This document shows positions 12,166-25,900 of a DNA stretch of 64,000 nt, piece by piece. Each line of letters starts with the position of its first letter. Positions within the stretch are counted from its first letter, which is position 1. A program made the translations under genes and the position numbers. The DNA is taken from positions 5,084,001 through 5,148,000 of the forward strand of contig CM120640.1 in NCBI GenBank assembly GCA_051362555.1, read 5' to 3'. Origin of the DNA: Lingula anatina (Eukaryota > Animalia > Brachiopoda). The notes below the pieces were generated by a model, which ran no database searches, was not told the origin of the DNA, and was given only the letters and a program-made list of their open reading frames with translations.

Positions 12166-12854
12166 CGTCGACATGTCCTTTGATATGGCTATATAGAGAC
12201 TTACGTTTTATTTAAAAGATCACCCACACCAAGTGCAGGTGAAAACTTGAACATTTGCGTCTGGACATCTCGAAACTCCAGCTACATACCTAATATAATA
12301 ACAACCTCTCTTGGAACACAGAGACAAGAGCAGACGATCAAGTGACACCTCAGGCCCGGAGCCCCGGAGGGGACGGGGGGGGGGGAGGGGAATACGAGAG
12401 AACCCCCTTTTGCTGGAAAACGGTTCACTCTGGGTTAAATTTTATCCAGGTACAAGAAAGTTTCATGGTCAAAGGTTCACGTACTTTAAAAAAAAACTTA
12501 AAAAATTGCTTGCTATGGTCTCGCACCTGCTTTGTCTTTTATTCCTATTCGTTTTCCCCTTATCTGTAGTGTATTCACGATATGAAAGACAGTGTATTTC
12601 CACCATGGGCTTATCAGTGATAAAACGTTTAATTTGCGTTACACGACGTACACAGATAACCTGTATATCATGGTCACTTTATTCTATTCACTGCCCCCTG
12701 TTGTCGCCAATAGATCTTACTGAAAGCGACCAACATGTGTAGGGACACTATTATTAGTTGTCACTATTTCACGCCATGTAGTTCTGGAAATCCGTTATAC
12801 TTTATCGTTTGAAGAGAACATGAGGCTCGTCCAGAATCTATTCAGGCTTAACCC

Positions 12855-12885
<31 letters not shown>

Positions 12886-13525
12886 GTCACGTTACTTGCA
12901 ACATGTGTGCTGGTTTTAAAATGTTGTTTTAATTTTCGGTGCTCCAATTCTGCATGTCCTTACTCTATACCAGACCAAGTGTCAGGAAAAAGGTGTTGTG
13001 TATCACTCTCAGATGTGGTGTGATGATTTTAAAGCTTGCTATGTAGTTTATATATCTAAATTCCAACAAGAGATAAAAGGGAAGCTAAAACTGTTATATA
13101 AAATATTTCGGGCATATTTTCATTCTGTTTTGTTTTGGCATCAGTGAAACAGAAAACAGCCTACTTTAGTTCTTAAATTTCAGTCTCATAATTTATTCTT
13201 ATTTCTAACAATATGGGCCAAAATAATTTAGGCCTACATATAAACATGGAAAATTTTGCACTTGTTATTTTTGGCGAGAATTACTTTCAAGTCGGATGAA
13301 TTACTTTCAAGTCGGATGAATTTCTCACGCCGTTATCAAAATAATAGATTAAGGTCTGCAATATAACTCGTGCGGACGATAATTACATGCACAGCTTCAC
13401 CCAGTGAATAGTCCGCAGCTCCTTAGATATAAGCTAATGCATACTATTTTGTATGTAGCAGACGACTGTTAACAGACGACACTGACACTTGGAGAACGCT
13501 GACAGCGAACCGCGAGCTTAACAGT

Positions 13526-14671
13526 ATGAACCTCATAGAGACTAAAGTGCTGGCTCTTGCCATTTTTCTTGTATTCAAAATATTGTTTGGATTTCTTCCC
13601 TTAGTCGTTACTCGCTGGTGGAAAAATTACATCGTTCAGAATGGAACGCTGTACAATTCAATGATGGGGTACCTCAACTGTTTTGCAGGAGGCGTATTCT
13701 TAGGTGTGGCATTCTTTCATCTTCTTCCAGAGGCCAGAAACGAAATGGATGGAGTGATCCAGGGCGCCAGTGTCAACACCAAGTATCCCTTCACTGAACT
13801 GGGGGTTATGGCCGGGCTCTTTGCCGTTTTGTTTATCGAAAGCATAACGCTGCTCTGTGTAGGACGACATCCCGACGAGGAAGCGTTTTGTCATTTTCAT
13901 GACGGTGAGGACAATCATTCACCAGATCTAACCAGGGGTATTAATTCATCAAGTGCAAAAACATTTGAGCACTATGGGTCAACAGGAACGGCTACTTTGA
14001 ATGGGAAATCCTCACAATCCGATACCTCACCTGTGCTTGACAATGGCTCTCACCAAATGACTCTTTTAAGTGACGGCAGCCCAGCGGGACAGGATTCTAA
14101 ACCTATGGATGGAATCTATAGAGAAGCCACCGCCGCAGAGAGACCGTCTATAGAAGGCTATTCACGTTTAAAAGATGGCTTTCAAAAGGCAGTTGATAAG
14201 GAAATAGGAATGGCCTCAAAAATTCGTATCATCTTTTTATTCTTTGCCTTTTCTTTACATGCAGTTTTTGAGGGACTGGCGCTAGGATTACAAGAGGACA
14301 GTTTCGACCTGTGGGCATTATTCGGCGCTTTGGTGGTGCACGAGGCGATTGTCACTTTTACTCTTGGCATGAAGTTAGTCGAAACATTTTCGCTGCGACC
14401 TTTTGTCTGTTTCATTACGTTATTTTCGGTAATTTCACCTATTGGCGTTGGGATCGGGACTGTGATCACGAGCGTGCAGCAATCCTCTTTAAATATAGGA
14501 CTGACAACTAGTATTTTGCAAAGCTTAGCCACAGGTACGTTTTTATACGTAACATTCTTCGAAATTCTGAACAAAGAGCTGAAAAACAGCGAACACTACC
14601 AAAGGCTCCGGAAAATAACATTAATTGTGCTCGGATGCGGTGTGATGGCTTTGTTGGCAGAGTTTGAATAA
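13526..14671 (+). CDS. ZIP (SLC39A subfamily II, ZIP1/ZIP3-like) zinc transporter, 381 aa, uninterrupted ORF
   Basis: Eight hydrophobic segments in a 3+5 arrangement. Motifs: NCFAGGVFLGVAFFHLLPE, YPFTE, TM4 SLHAVFEGLALG, TM5 VVHE, SPIGVGIG, LQSLATGTFLYVTFFEIL. Confidence 0.95.
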   Translation: MNLIETKVLALAIFLVFKILFGFLPLVVTRWWKNYIVQNGTLYNSMMGYLNCFAGGVFLGVAFFHLLPEARNEMDGVIQGASVNTKYPFTELGVMAGLFAVLFIESITLLCVGRHPDEEAFCHFHDGEDNHSPDLTRGINSSSAKTFEHYGSTGTATLNGKSSQSDTSPVLDNGSHQMTLLSDGSPAGQDSKPMDGIYREATAAERPSIEGYSRLKDGFQKAVDKEIGMASKIRIIFLFFAFSLHAVFEGLALGLQEDSFDLWALFGALVVHEAIVTFTLGMKLVETFSLRPFVCFITLFSVISPIGVGIGTVITSVQQSSLNIGLTTSILQSLATGTFLYVTFFEILNKELKNSEHYQRLRKITLIVLGCGVMALLAEFE

Positions 14672-17095
14672 AGGGTTAAGTAGCTTAGATGCTTCACATT
14701 GAACGACAGTAAGTCGTAAATATCACTTAGGTTAACTATTTCTCTCAAATTGTTTAACAGCAATTTTGTAGAAAAAGCCTTTTATTAAATGTGAGACTAA
14801 TTTTACAAATGTATGTATTCCCAACTTCACTTAATTCAGATTTCAACTGACATATATCTATATAAAGCACCTTTCCATGATACCAGTTTGAAGAACCATA
14901 ATAATATGCTGTATGGAAGCCAAACGTATGCTTAAAACATTGTCATATAGGTAGTCCCCTATGTGCCAGGAGTTCCAGATTGAGATGCAGGTAAACGCAA
15001 TTACATTGATTGATCTTTAAATGCAGAATGGCAGTTTAAGTGGTGAACACATATTAAAAAAAATTAATAAATAGCATGCGTCCCTTTGATATTTCATATA
15101 CAATTCATATACATAGACCTCTCCAGGTGTGAATAAAAAATATTAAATTCAGTTACGGACGAGGGGAAGATATCAGACTAGGCTTATTGACACGGGAGTA
15201 ACAAAAACCCGCCAAGCATCAGTGGCCTGTTACACACACACACAAACAAAAATCAATCAAGCAATAACAGAAAGAAATAAATTTATAAAATTTAATAAAA
15301 TTGATTTGTCCCGAAAATTGATCTAAGCTAGCCTATGTTGACCCATGATATATTGGTGATAGTCCAAAACATTGCGCCCGTTTTTTTAATAGGAAAGACA
15401 TTGCTTATATTTCATAGTATTTTCTTTATTTAAATGAACCACTAGAGATGCTTTAAATTAATTTTCGGACCTAAGTCCCTTTGTGATCAGGCCCATATCT
15501 TTGACTGGAATGATATTTAGGTAGCACTTTTAATAATACCTGACCGATTTTCTTTTATCGCATTAACGTCTAATTTTATATAAAAGTCGTTAAAGTGTGC
15601 CGAGGCTTAGTAGCGGTCTACAAACCTTTGGATCTACTGAGCTACTGAATCATACCGGCGATTAAACGGATGTAATTTATTATCTGAGCTTATCGTTGTC
15701 ATTCACGATTCTCTTTAATCTAGGGCCTATTATACACCCAGTGCACAGTGAGTTAAATGTTATATTGAAATAACTACTTTGGCACAATGTCCACAGTTCT
15801 TATTCATTTTTTTTCGGAATATTTGATTAAAATGTTAGCGGCTGGATTTTCTATCTGATCACTCAGTTGTCCGTGTGGTGCAATAAAAGTCACTGATTTT
15901 TAAATGAATATCACGTTGCGACGAGGAAAAGGTCGAAATGACAAAAGTAATTTGAGGTAAAAAAAATAATCTATATTATTCACACAAAAACTTGACTCGT
16001 GTGCTTTCGAATAAGATCAAGATGAAGGCAGTAGATTAGAGATGGTGCTATAAATCAATTGAAAAGTTTATTAACGATGGGATGACGGAAAAATTATACA
16101 CTATGATCATTATGGGGCTCATCTTTTCATCACCGTTCTCTCTACATTTTAATTAGTAAAGCTTTTACACGCTAAGATAAAAACTATGTTCACAGATCAA
16201 GAGGTGGTGTAAATGGCACATTTATACCATTCTAGTTAACTGAAACCAATCAATAGGCATCCTTTGATTTTGTCAGACTTCTACGAAAAACACTTAAAAA
16301 TAACTGAAACGTTGCCATTGCACGTTCATTTGAAAAACTGCGAAGGCTCATCAAATTTCAAGGAAACACATTTTTGTTTCAATCTAACGTTCCTGCCACA
16401 TCGAATCGTGCCATCAAGGAGAAAAGGTCAAAGTAACAGACATGTATTGTGAAAGGATGATTTCACAATAAGAGAACTAACTTATTCCAGAACCCGATAG
16501 AGATAAAGAACAAAAGTAATCAAATTAGATATAGGCATAATGCGATGAAATAAAGATGGGATGAGAAAAATGACAACGTTGTTGACTTCGCGCGTGATTG
16601 GTAATCTTTATTGGCAAAATCAAACAAGTGCGGGTTATACGATGAACAAACGTCTCTGCCTCAAATACAGTGTAAATAGTAAACGACAACAGGATATCAA
16701 AATAATATTCGTTTTTTTTTTCTCGGCAGCAGTTCTGAACCCGTTAACTGCATTTAATTTCTATTACTTATCTATTAACCAAATCATTTGATTAATATTT
16801 CTATTAATCATTATTTTTAAGTTTTTATCGTTATCCACATCCATAGATCTATCCACGTATGAATAGAAGAGGCAAAATGCTTTTTTTCTTCTAAATGCAA
16901 CATGCAATGCAGCCACATCCAGTTACAAACCGTATATCTTCTATGTCTTCATGATCTGACATACATTGATATACATATACTAACCTAAGAGACATAGCAA
17001 GGGTACCGGTGAATCGATATTCTCTGATCGTGAATTATTTCAACGTTCCTAAGAGTCAGAGAAGAATTTCATCAGCTGTGTTATGTTATAAGAAT

Positions 17096-17189
17096 GATGT
17101 GATTTTTTTCTTCAGTCCTGCTAGACATCGAAATATTGGAGGTAAAAACTATATCAATATTAGCTGTTGACTGAAGAAAAAATCACATC
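17096..17189. repeat. Inverted repeat / small foldback element
   Basis: GATGTGATTTTTTTCTTCAGTC..GCTA pairs with TAGC..GACTGAAGAAAAAATCACATC. Confidence 0.6.
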
Positions 17190-17530
17190 GGTTCCTAAAA
17201 GAGGAACTGAAAGTCTGGGTTCCAATTTGAGTTGTACGTAAGTAAAGTTCAATGCTTATTAGTTTGTTTAATAGATACTGGAACGACGTATACCGCTTTG
17301 ACTGTACTTAGAAAATAAACACATAGACATCATAAATCTATATACATTAGACCAAGCGAGTCAACTCATATGCAAAAATAATATGATAGCCACACAAAGA
17401 AAAAAAGAAAGAAAAGAAAAAAACCTGACCTGAATGAAAGGAAATGTACCATAAACAGATAACAAGTTGATTGCGTCCCGAAATGAGGGGATCATGTTTA
17501 AAAAAATGTTCTTTAGAGCGTCCTTTGTTA

Positions 17531-17776
17531 GACTGGGTTCCCATGCCTAGATTGATCCATCTGGATCGATCTAATTCCCTGGGGAGTCTCACCAAATTGC
17601 TGTCAACTAACCGGTTTAAATGTCTGTCACGCCTACCGAATCAGCTAGGGGATAAAGATAATTACCCTCTAACAGCTTTACTAAGCGTGACAGACATTTT
17701 AGCCGGCTAGTTGACAGCAATTTCGTAAGACTCCCCAGGGAGACAGATCGATCCAAATATCTGTGGGAATGGTCCT
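17531..17776. mobile_element. MITE family A variant, almost fully palindromic
   Basis: TTA flanks. Both arms carry GGGGAGTCT.AC.AAATTGCTGTCAACTA.CCGG.T.AAATGTCTGTCACGC in inverted orientation. Confidence 0.8.
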
Positions 17777-19899
17777 TTAGACTTCAGCTGACAGCTGTGG
17801 GCTTGTACACTTATTTTTATTGTTATTATTATTGTACAGGAGCAAAGTAACCTCTTTAGGGCATACAGTACCCTCTACCAGGGGCACAGATTTATTTTTA
17901 CGTATACTTGCTATTCACAGATAGGCCTACGTCTCTTGCTAATAACGTGCGCTTTCCCGTACCGTGAAAATAAAAAAAAAAAAAAAGAGTCCCTTAAAGC
18001 GCACATTAACGGGGTATTATCAGTTTGGAACCCGAGAGATAGGTGGTGGGTTAGATCTACATAATTATCAAAGACTCTGGGAAATAGTTTATTACAACAT
18101 GCTTTTTCAAATAGCGCGAAACGGTATTTTCAAAGCTTTTAGCCAAAACTTCGATGTGCCAACGGAAGAAAGTGAAATTTCACTGGATAATAAAGGATTT
18201 TATGGTTCATTAAATTGTATGCAAAGTTTTTCAAAATCAGTCCGATATATCTACCTGTAAATAAACGCTGATCATCATCTTACACGATTTCATTTAAACT
18301 ACCTGCATGGCAAATCCAACACAAACTTTTTTTCAGTATGCAGTGAAATGTGACGATTAAAGGAACGGGAAACGAGGGAACGCCATCGGCGCCCTACTGG
18401 TGAACAGCAACATGGTAAGTATGCTAATAACTAGTCTACCTGAATAATTAAACAGTTGTGATAAAAATTTGGAACGCCTTTGGCACCCCTACTGGAAATA
18501 ACCCATTTTGTTAGAAAAGCGAAAGCGCCCGTCTTAGACGTGTGTACGTATTTGGTATATTTGAAGATTCAACAAAACTGTAAATAAATTTAGCTTTATT
18601 AATTATATTAATTGGGGGTGGATAGTTTTTGGAGGAGGGGTAGGGGAGAGAATTCCGGGTGAGCCAGCAGAGGCTGTGCCTATAATTTACGCATACAAAA
18701 CCTTTCAAACCCGACTTAAATTGCTAGAGAAAAAGGAAATGATGATGCAACACAATGTCTTGGACACAGACCCAAATAATTCTCAGAAATATCACACTAT
18801 ATATAATGAACTCATTTTTCATGCTCAATCTTACAGATGCAATCTGTTCTGAAAATTGACTGGAGCATTGGTTCATAAGGAATTGGAGATGCAGTCAACT
18901 ATGTATTGAGAAGTGTAATATGAAATACTTTATTTCTGCAAATGATGCAAGATGAGGTGTTCAAAAAATAAGAAAACTTTAATTTACAAATGAAAATGAT
19001 TTTGAAAAAATAATGATTTTAAATGACACATTATAATGAACTTAAATTCAGTATCTATCTTTTTCCAGCTTTTATGGTTTATAAATATGTATAAAATTGT
19101 AAAATTATAATGGGTTTTGTATTGTTTGCACACATAAACACTGGTCTCATTAAACCTATAATACAAATCTACATTAAACATTTATTGTCAACATGTCCTA
19201 CTATCCTACTATACTGGATCCTAGATGCGTCCAATTATTTTAAAGTTAATTACAAATCCTAATATTAAACCCATAAAATCAAAGAAAATATAACTGGAAG
19301 CTGTCTGACACAACCTTATAAAATGTACAATTGTATTTTGCCATAATTAAATCATATATTGCAAACAGGACTAATCTGAAGCACTCCCTTCACTTATACT
19401 TGTTTGGACATCATTGCACTATGGTTTCTCTAGCACAATTTGGGTTTGTTCTCATTGTCCACATGGTCACAGCTAACACATCCACACGATTATCTTATTT
19501 TGGAGATCTTAGGTAAATAAATTCCTTGGCACAAATCACAAGAAGTGCATGTGTTCTACAGTTTAAGGCATACCATGGAAACAGTAGAGGAGATTGTAAA
19601 TCACACAGAAACAAAGGGTTTATCTATTAAATGATATGGCACCACAATCCCACTTCCAAATAAAATAAAATTATGCAGTTGTCACCTTGGTTTTCTTAAA
19701 TAGCTTGGCAAAAATGCACTACTTGACAGTAAGTTGATGACAGTCAAATGGTTTTACTAAGTTTCTATTTACCATGGCTCATATTTGATTAACCAATCAA
19801 TATGTACCCCTAACACAGATGAGAAAATACACTCAATATCAATGACCTTTGAAGAGATTTTCCTGGGCACAGAATTGCTAAGGGTCTCTGTCTTAACTG

Positions 19900-20891
19900 T
19901 TACTGAGGTGAAACTTTATTCTGCTCCCGGTGTCTTCGGCAGTAACAGATCATTTCTCCAAAACAGGTCATGAGAAGGGCTCCACTAACTGCAATGAACA
20001 GCAACTGTGTAAGTTGTATTTAATTTTTGCTTTCAAATGTAATTTTTCACATTTAGCCTGACCTTAGTTTCTTCAAATTGATAAATATATTGCATGTGTT
20101 CATATGGCAAAATTCCTCAAGACAGTAAAATAATTTGTTACAATTGAATAAGATGGAAAATGTTGTGAAAAAAAAAAAACAGTTACATGCCATCATTGTG
20201 AGTTACAGGCAATTTTTTAATAAAAAAAAAAAAAAAAAAAGAGCTATAGGTTTAAAAAGATGAGGATGAATCCCAAGTATGTACTGACTAAAAGTTTGAT
20301 ATAAATATAGATTAGAGTACAAAAAGAAAAAATAACCTTGTGAGGCAGACATTTACGTCTCAGTCTTTGCTAATACAAATTCCAATAATCATGAACGTAT
20401 GCATGGTGGGAGTTGTACCAAATCCAGTGTACCACCCAGAAAAAGGCTGCAGGTGCAATGTATTGTAGGCAAACAATACATATAAAGATAAAGAAATTTA
20501 CTCACCAAAAATTAAGCAATAGATAATTATATGTACCACAATGAATAGCAAAGTTTTTAAGTGTCAATAAAATCAGTACTCACCTATGCAAACCCACCAG
20601 GACCAGTTTAAAGGAAAGTTCAACATAACTGTGTAAAAAGTGAAAAAGAAATGGATGGAATAAGAGCAAGCATTTCTACTCCTTTTCACTCTAGAATGTT
20701 ATATTCAATTGGATTTATTCAATTAATAAAATTGCAGTGACACTGAACCATCTCTCCCCAAAAATGAGGTTATTGTATTGTGTTATTAAGTGACTGTTAT
20801 TGCACTATGTAGGGAACAAGGGGCAATTTCTATGAAAAAACATAAACAAACCCAAAAAACTTTATGTCACTGATGTTCCATATAATTTCCA

Positions 20892-20926
<35 letters not shown>

Positions 20927-22388
20927 TGAAAGAGAAAATTCCCACTTACCTAGACAACTTAATCCAAAATGTAGCACCAGTGTTGTCAATGCATAATCCC
21001 ACATCCTACTATGTATAAATATAGCATAACCAAATGTAGAGATAAAGAAGGTAGCTTCCATTGAAATGAAATTTGCTGAAAAAGAAAGTATGTTCGTTAA
21101 TCAAATGAAATCATAATTCAGGGCAATTTACTGATGGATTTCAGAAACTCAGTTTCCATTTTAAATAACTGACAAATATTTGACTTGCATTTGTCAATTA
21201 CTGAAATAAATAAAACATTTATACAAGGTTTTGTTATACCTACCCATCTCCCTTTTTGTATAAAAGGCACAACACTTTTCTAACTGTATCCATGTTTGAA
21301 AATCAAATGGTGATTTAGGATCAAATGCTGGAAGTCTGAAATCAAGTAATTCAATCAATTTTTAACTATAATTCATTCAGTTATGATACAAAGGGTCCTT
21401 CATGCATATACCCTAACATATCTGCTAGAAGACATATCCATGGCATTCAAAGAGATGAAATTACCAGTAAAAAATTTATTTTTTCCACCACTTCGCTGCA
21501 GCGCTTGAGCAGCAAATCTTTTATCTGCTGCTGAGTCCAGCCAACATATTCTGCAAAAAGCATGGGCATGTGCAACCCCTATATACACAATGAAAACACA
21601 CTAAACAATAAATGTGAACTTACTTGAAAGCACCAAAGCAGATTGTTGAAACCATGTAGTATACTCCATAAAAGACAAGAATACATCGTATCACGTTAAA
21701 TAATATTTCCTGAAATAAACAAAAGCTCAGTAATGACAGGTGTACAGACTCGGATTGATTTATTTATATAACCTTCATAAAAAAGGTACAATCATTGACA
21801 TAGACAGCCAGCTACAGTACTGAGGGTAGGAAATACTTTCCTGTTCCGCATGATTGGCCTTATTTTTCGAGCGTGATGCGTTATTTGAGCCCAATATTCT
21901 GCGTGAAACGTGATTCAGGAATTCTTGGTGATTGATCTGAATATATCTATGTTATTGGGGATTGGGCTGCTTTTAATTCTTGGTGATTGGTGATTAAGGG
22001 GGTATTCCCTTCCCTCACTACTGGTACTAGTACATTGTAAAACAACAAAAATGTGAATGTGAACAAAACAAACTGAACTTGCCAAAATAAGCCTCGGGTT
22101 CCAATTTGGATATAAAATTGTGAATAATGTTTTTTTTGTGTTTACTCGCGTCAGGAATCGTTTTCTTTAGTATATATTGCGTCTATATTGCGCATTTTAA
22201 TGTTTAGTGCGAGATACACCGTACTGTTTTACTTCTAGTGTAAACAATGCAGCACAGTCAACGACATGATTAGGATGGTTCTGGTCATAGTCAGTAACTA
22301 ATTTTCAGATTCCACATCTCGTTTTCCATTCCACAATGAACTTTAAAATAGATATACGATAACTTACCAGTGATGATAAGGTTGCCAT
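19900..22388 (-). CDS. TMEM244: TMEM244-like small multi-pass membrane protein, 6 exons
   Basis: Exons ~22388-22368, 21709-21624, 21325-21244, 21076-20950, 20628-20584, 19988-19900 splice in frame. Product: MATLSSL-EILFNVIRCILVFYGVYYMVSTICFGAF-KLPAFDPKSPFDFQT...-ANFISMEATFF...MWDYALTTLVLHFGLSCL-VMLNFPLNWSWWVCI-VSGALLMTCFGEMIC...VSPQ*. The PFDF, WDYA and MLxFPLxxxWW motifs match TMEM244. Confidence 0.85.
20893..20924. repeat. (TG)n microsatellite in a TMEM244 intron
   Basis: Direct reading. Confidence 0.9.
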
Positions 22389-22389
22389 T

Positions 22390-22919
22390 TGAATGTCATG
22401 TTTGTTTTCACTTCAATTACTTCCGCACATGCTCAGTTTTACTTCCGTGTAAATACGAAGCTGAACCAAGGAGATCACTAGAATTATAAAAAAGAAGCTA
22501 TTTTTGTTTTGTTTGCGATCGTATTCATATGAAAGGCTAAAAAATGTTGACTGGAGGCTATATGGTCCAATTTTATGGCTTTCATAAATCTTTTCTTTGT
22601 CTTCTTGAAAATTTTTGGGTTGGCGGATTTTTGAAGTTATTTCCCGCGATATTTTATCGAACTCTCCTGTCTACTTAATGACCTAGATTCATGCGCGCTA
22701 AAAAGGGTCACGTGTAATTTTACATAAATATACGTGGATTTTTCACTAAGAAGACTTTAAATAACATTTCATATGAGTGATTTATCTGATGGATACAACG
22801 ATTCTAGGAAGCGACAAAAACGTACATTACCCTCGGTCTAATTGTTTGGTGTAGGTATATCCGTCTGGTGAGTTCTACGGTTCGTACAGTTTGTGGAGAA
22901 TTTCTTTCACCGCTCCAAA
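22390..22919. promoter_or_regulatory. Bidirectional promoter of TMEM244/ATAD2 with E2F- and CDE/CHR-like motifs
   Basis: The divergent ATGs are ~530 bp apart in a locally CpG-richer stretch. TTGGCGG..TTTGAA at 22620-22635, TTTCCCGCG at 22640-22648, two ACTTCCG (ETS-like) sites near 22419 and 22441. Confidence 0.55.
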
Positions 22920-25900
22920 ATGGTGAAAACTCGGCATAGTTTGGAAACGGACGAAGACCCACCGGATTCATTTTTGACTATAGGGACGAGAAGGACACGT
23001 GATCGGAATGTTCAAAACTACAAGGTAAGCAGATCAGTATATCAGGAAGAAATTTCCTACGTGTCCTTTGTATTAATCCGGCAGACATGTTGTTGACAAT
23101 CATTTCCCTCCCAAACTTCTAAGTTTTGACCAGACCCAGCAGGGACGTTAAGTTGCTAATTTTTGTCCAAAGTCTTTTTAATATGCGGGATATGGTGTTT
23201 ATGCTATGTTGCACAAAATGGCTAATATTCTGATCATCCAAATAGTTCTGTGTAAAATGCTTACATAAAATGATAATCTGCTCCAGGCACCAAAAAAATT
23301 CAAAATCAGAAATAAGTTTCTTTTGATAACATATTGTTGAAATATCAAATGTTAAGACAAAATAAATACATCTTTTTTGAAAACTGTCCACATCATGTCA
23401 CTAAGAGAACAGATATCCCTGCTCTGAGCATTTTAGGGGCAATATGTGTGCGTTGGGGGGGGAGGGGGGGAGGTCCATAGTGTTAGTTTTCATTCAAGGG
23501 ATTTTGACACACTGAATCCAATTCTTTGAACAGATAATGGAAAATTTTGTCTGATTTTCTTTGCCAAATTGCTGTTGTTCAACACCAACCATAACTACTT
23601 GTCATTTTTTTAATAAGTTTAGAAAATTGACATTAAAAAAATTAATAAAAACAAGCCACGTGTTCTTCTAACAGTATTATGTATGATTGTCAATTACTAG
23701 TTTAAATTTGGCAAAGTTACGTCATCTGCATTCAAGCAGCAAGTTTCACATGTAAACTCAATTTTATGTAAGTGCATTTGTCTTATTTTAGACTTTTCAT
23801 AACATCCATATTCAATAATATCATCATCACCATCGGCATTTTTCCGTACCCTGTTGCTTAAGTATTAAGGTTTATGATTGTTTGATAAGGCATGGAATCA
23901 AAACATTAAACAATTTTTTGACAATTTTTAATCTCATTTTGTAAAAAATAATAGTTTTCTGATACTAAATACCTCTGAAATGATAGAAATTGAACTGCTG
24001 TTTTTAGACTGATATACTCTAAATAAAAATGTCCAGAATTTTTTTAATCTTTGGTTTTATTTAGTTTTATTTGTATAAGTGATACTTATGATTGAAAAAA
24101 AATTCCATGAATTTTTAGATGGGAATGGTGTTAGATATTTATTTAATTTTTTTATGAAAATTTTCTTTGACCTTTTCAAAATAAATATGAGGAGAAAATG
24201 ATGTAAAATATAAATTCCTTTCTGGTGGTCTGGTTTTGAATGACACGCCTCTTTCTGTGTCCAACCTACTTGTATAATCACCAGACTTTCTATTTTCTTC
24301 TCAATGCTGGAGGAGGTGTGTTAATTTGATTGCATTCAGCAAAGGTTCCCGCTGAGCTGCAACAATCTGCAAAGAATGACAGTCTGGGGTAGCGCTAGCA
24401 ATTTTTTTTCGCTTAGTCAAATCATCACTTTTTTGTCAATTTCTTATGAAAATAGTTTTAATTTGACTAAAATTTTCCAAATCAAGTCCTTTTTGTTTAG
24501 CAAAATTAAGTCAGTTTTAGCAATTGGCTAAATTGGCGGGTGCTAGCGCTACCCCAGACAGTGTTATTGGGAATGTGCCTAAAGACTATACTAAACAATT
24601 TAAAACACATTACAAAGAACTGTACTTCACATTTACAAATGGCAGCACATTGACACCGAGACTGTAATACAATACACATCACAAAACAACCTGCTTGGCA
24701 ATATGATACATCATGCAATGCTGCTCAGTAAGGCATGGTATATAATATTAAACATTACACAGAGAATATTATTCTGAGATATATAATATAAAACATGACA
24801 TCATATGTGAAAGTACACTGCTATACACAGGACTGCATGTGGTAGAGTGCAGTGCAATATACTTCATGATATTCATACTGAACATATACAATGTATTGTT
24901 GGAAAAATAATTATATCAGATGAGTTGTTATTAAAACCAAAAAGGAGCAAGATGTGACCTATTCAAAGCCAATGAATAAATTAAAGTATTTAGTTATTAT
25001 TATTTTTATTTATTTTCACTATTATTTTCATTGCTCTCATTGTTTTATGTGATAATGATAATAATTATTATAATTACTGTTATTGAATGTGGGAAAAGCA
25101 TCTGATTACAGAGAAAAGTTAAAAATGCAGGTAATATAATATAACAGATACAAGATTATGATTTAGTATTTCTAAATTTTAGGAATATGACAGTGATGAA
25201 AGTGGAATAGTGAACTTCTCTCCTCAGTCAAAAAGACAGCAGCAACAGGAACACATAGATAATGATGTGCTTACAGAGGAAACTGATACCTTGAAGAGTA
25301 GAAGACAGACAAGGTAGGATCTTAATCTACACACCTAATATATTATTTATGGAAGAGAGAACTTGTTGCCAAAAAAGGCCATTCCCAAAAAAAAAAACAA
25401 AACGAATGGGTCTCATCAACGTCCTCCTTTGTAGAAATAAGTTAACAGTTATTGAAATGATATAAAAAAAGTGTTACACAAAATGTGGCATTGACATGAT
25501 GCATAGAGTCACTTTCTGTTGAATGACCCACTGGAGAAATAAATATAAAGAATTGTTTTGATAATCATACTATAATTCCATTTCCATAACTATTTCTCAT
25601 TTTAGGAAAACTTCTCATGCTCTGGAAGATGATGACTTTATCTCAGGTATGTAAAGCTGTTGCAAAGCTGTTGCTAAAAAAATCAATGAAAAGAAATGGC
25701 AGCATTTCAGAAATTTAACAATACTAAGTTTATTTTGAGTAGCAAAATAGAAGTGCGTCCATGTAAAAACTGTTGCATGTCACTGTTTAGTAAGGGGATA
25801 TATGTCAATTTCATGGAGTGGAATATTTCATGTAGGAGCTGGATCTTGTATGACAATACTATATGCATGACATCATGAAATAATATGAAATGTGTCAATG

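Noticed and set aside
12200-13525. Metal-response elements and first exon upstream of the ZIP gene
   Set aside because: No TGCRCNC match was seen by eye, the 5' exon could not be fixed, and ORF 12311-12742 is low-complexity.
14182-14574. Antisense ORFs over the ZIP gene (similar ones over ATAD2, the WH-DPF-SAM gene and DDX24)
   Set aside because: Shadow frames of real coding exons.
21392-21582. Possible MITE or extra exon in a TMEM244 intron (ORF 21400-21588)
   Set aside because: The inverted termini are weak, and the protein reconstructs completely without it.
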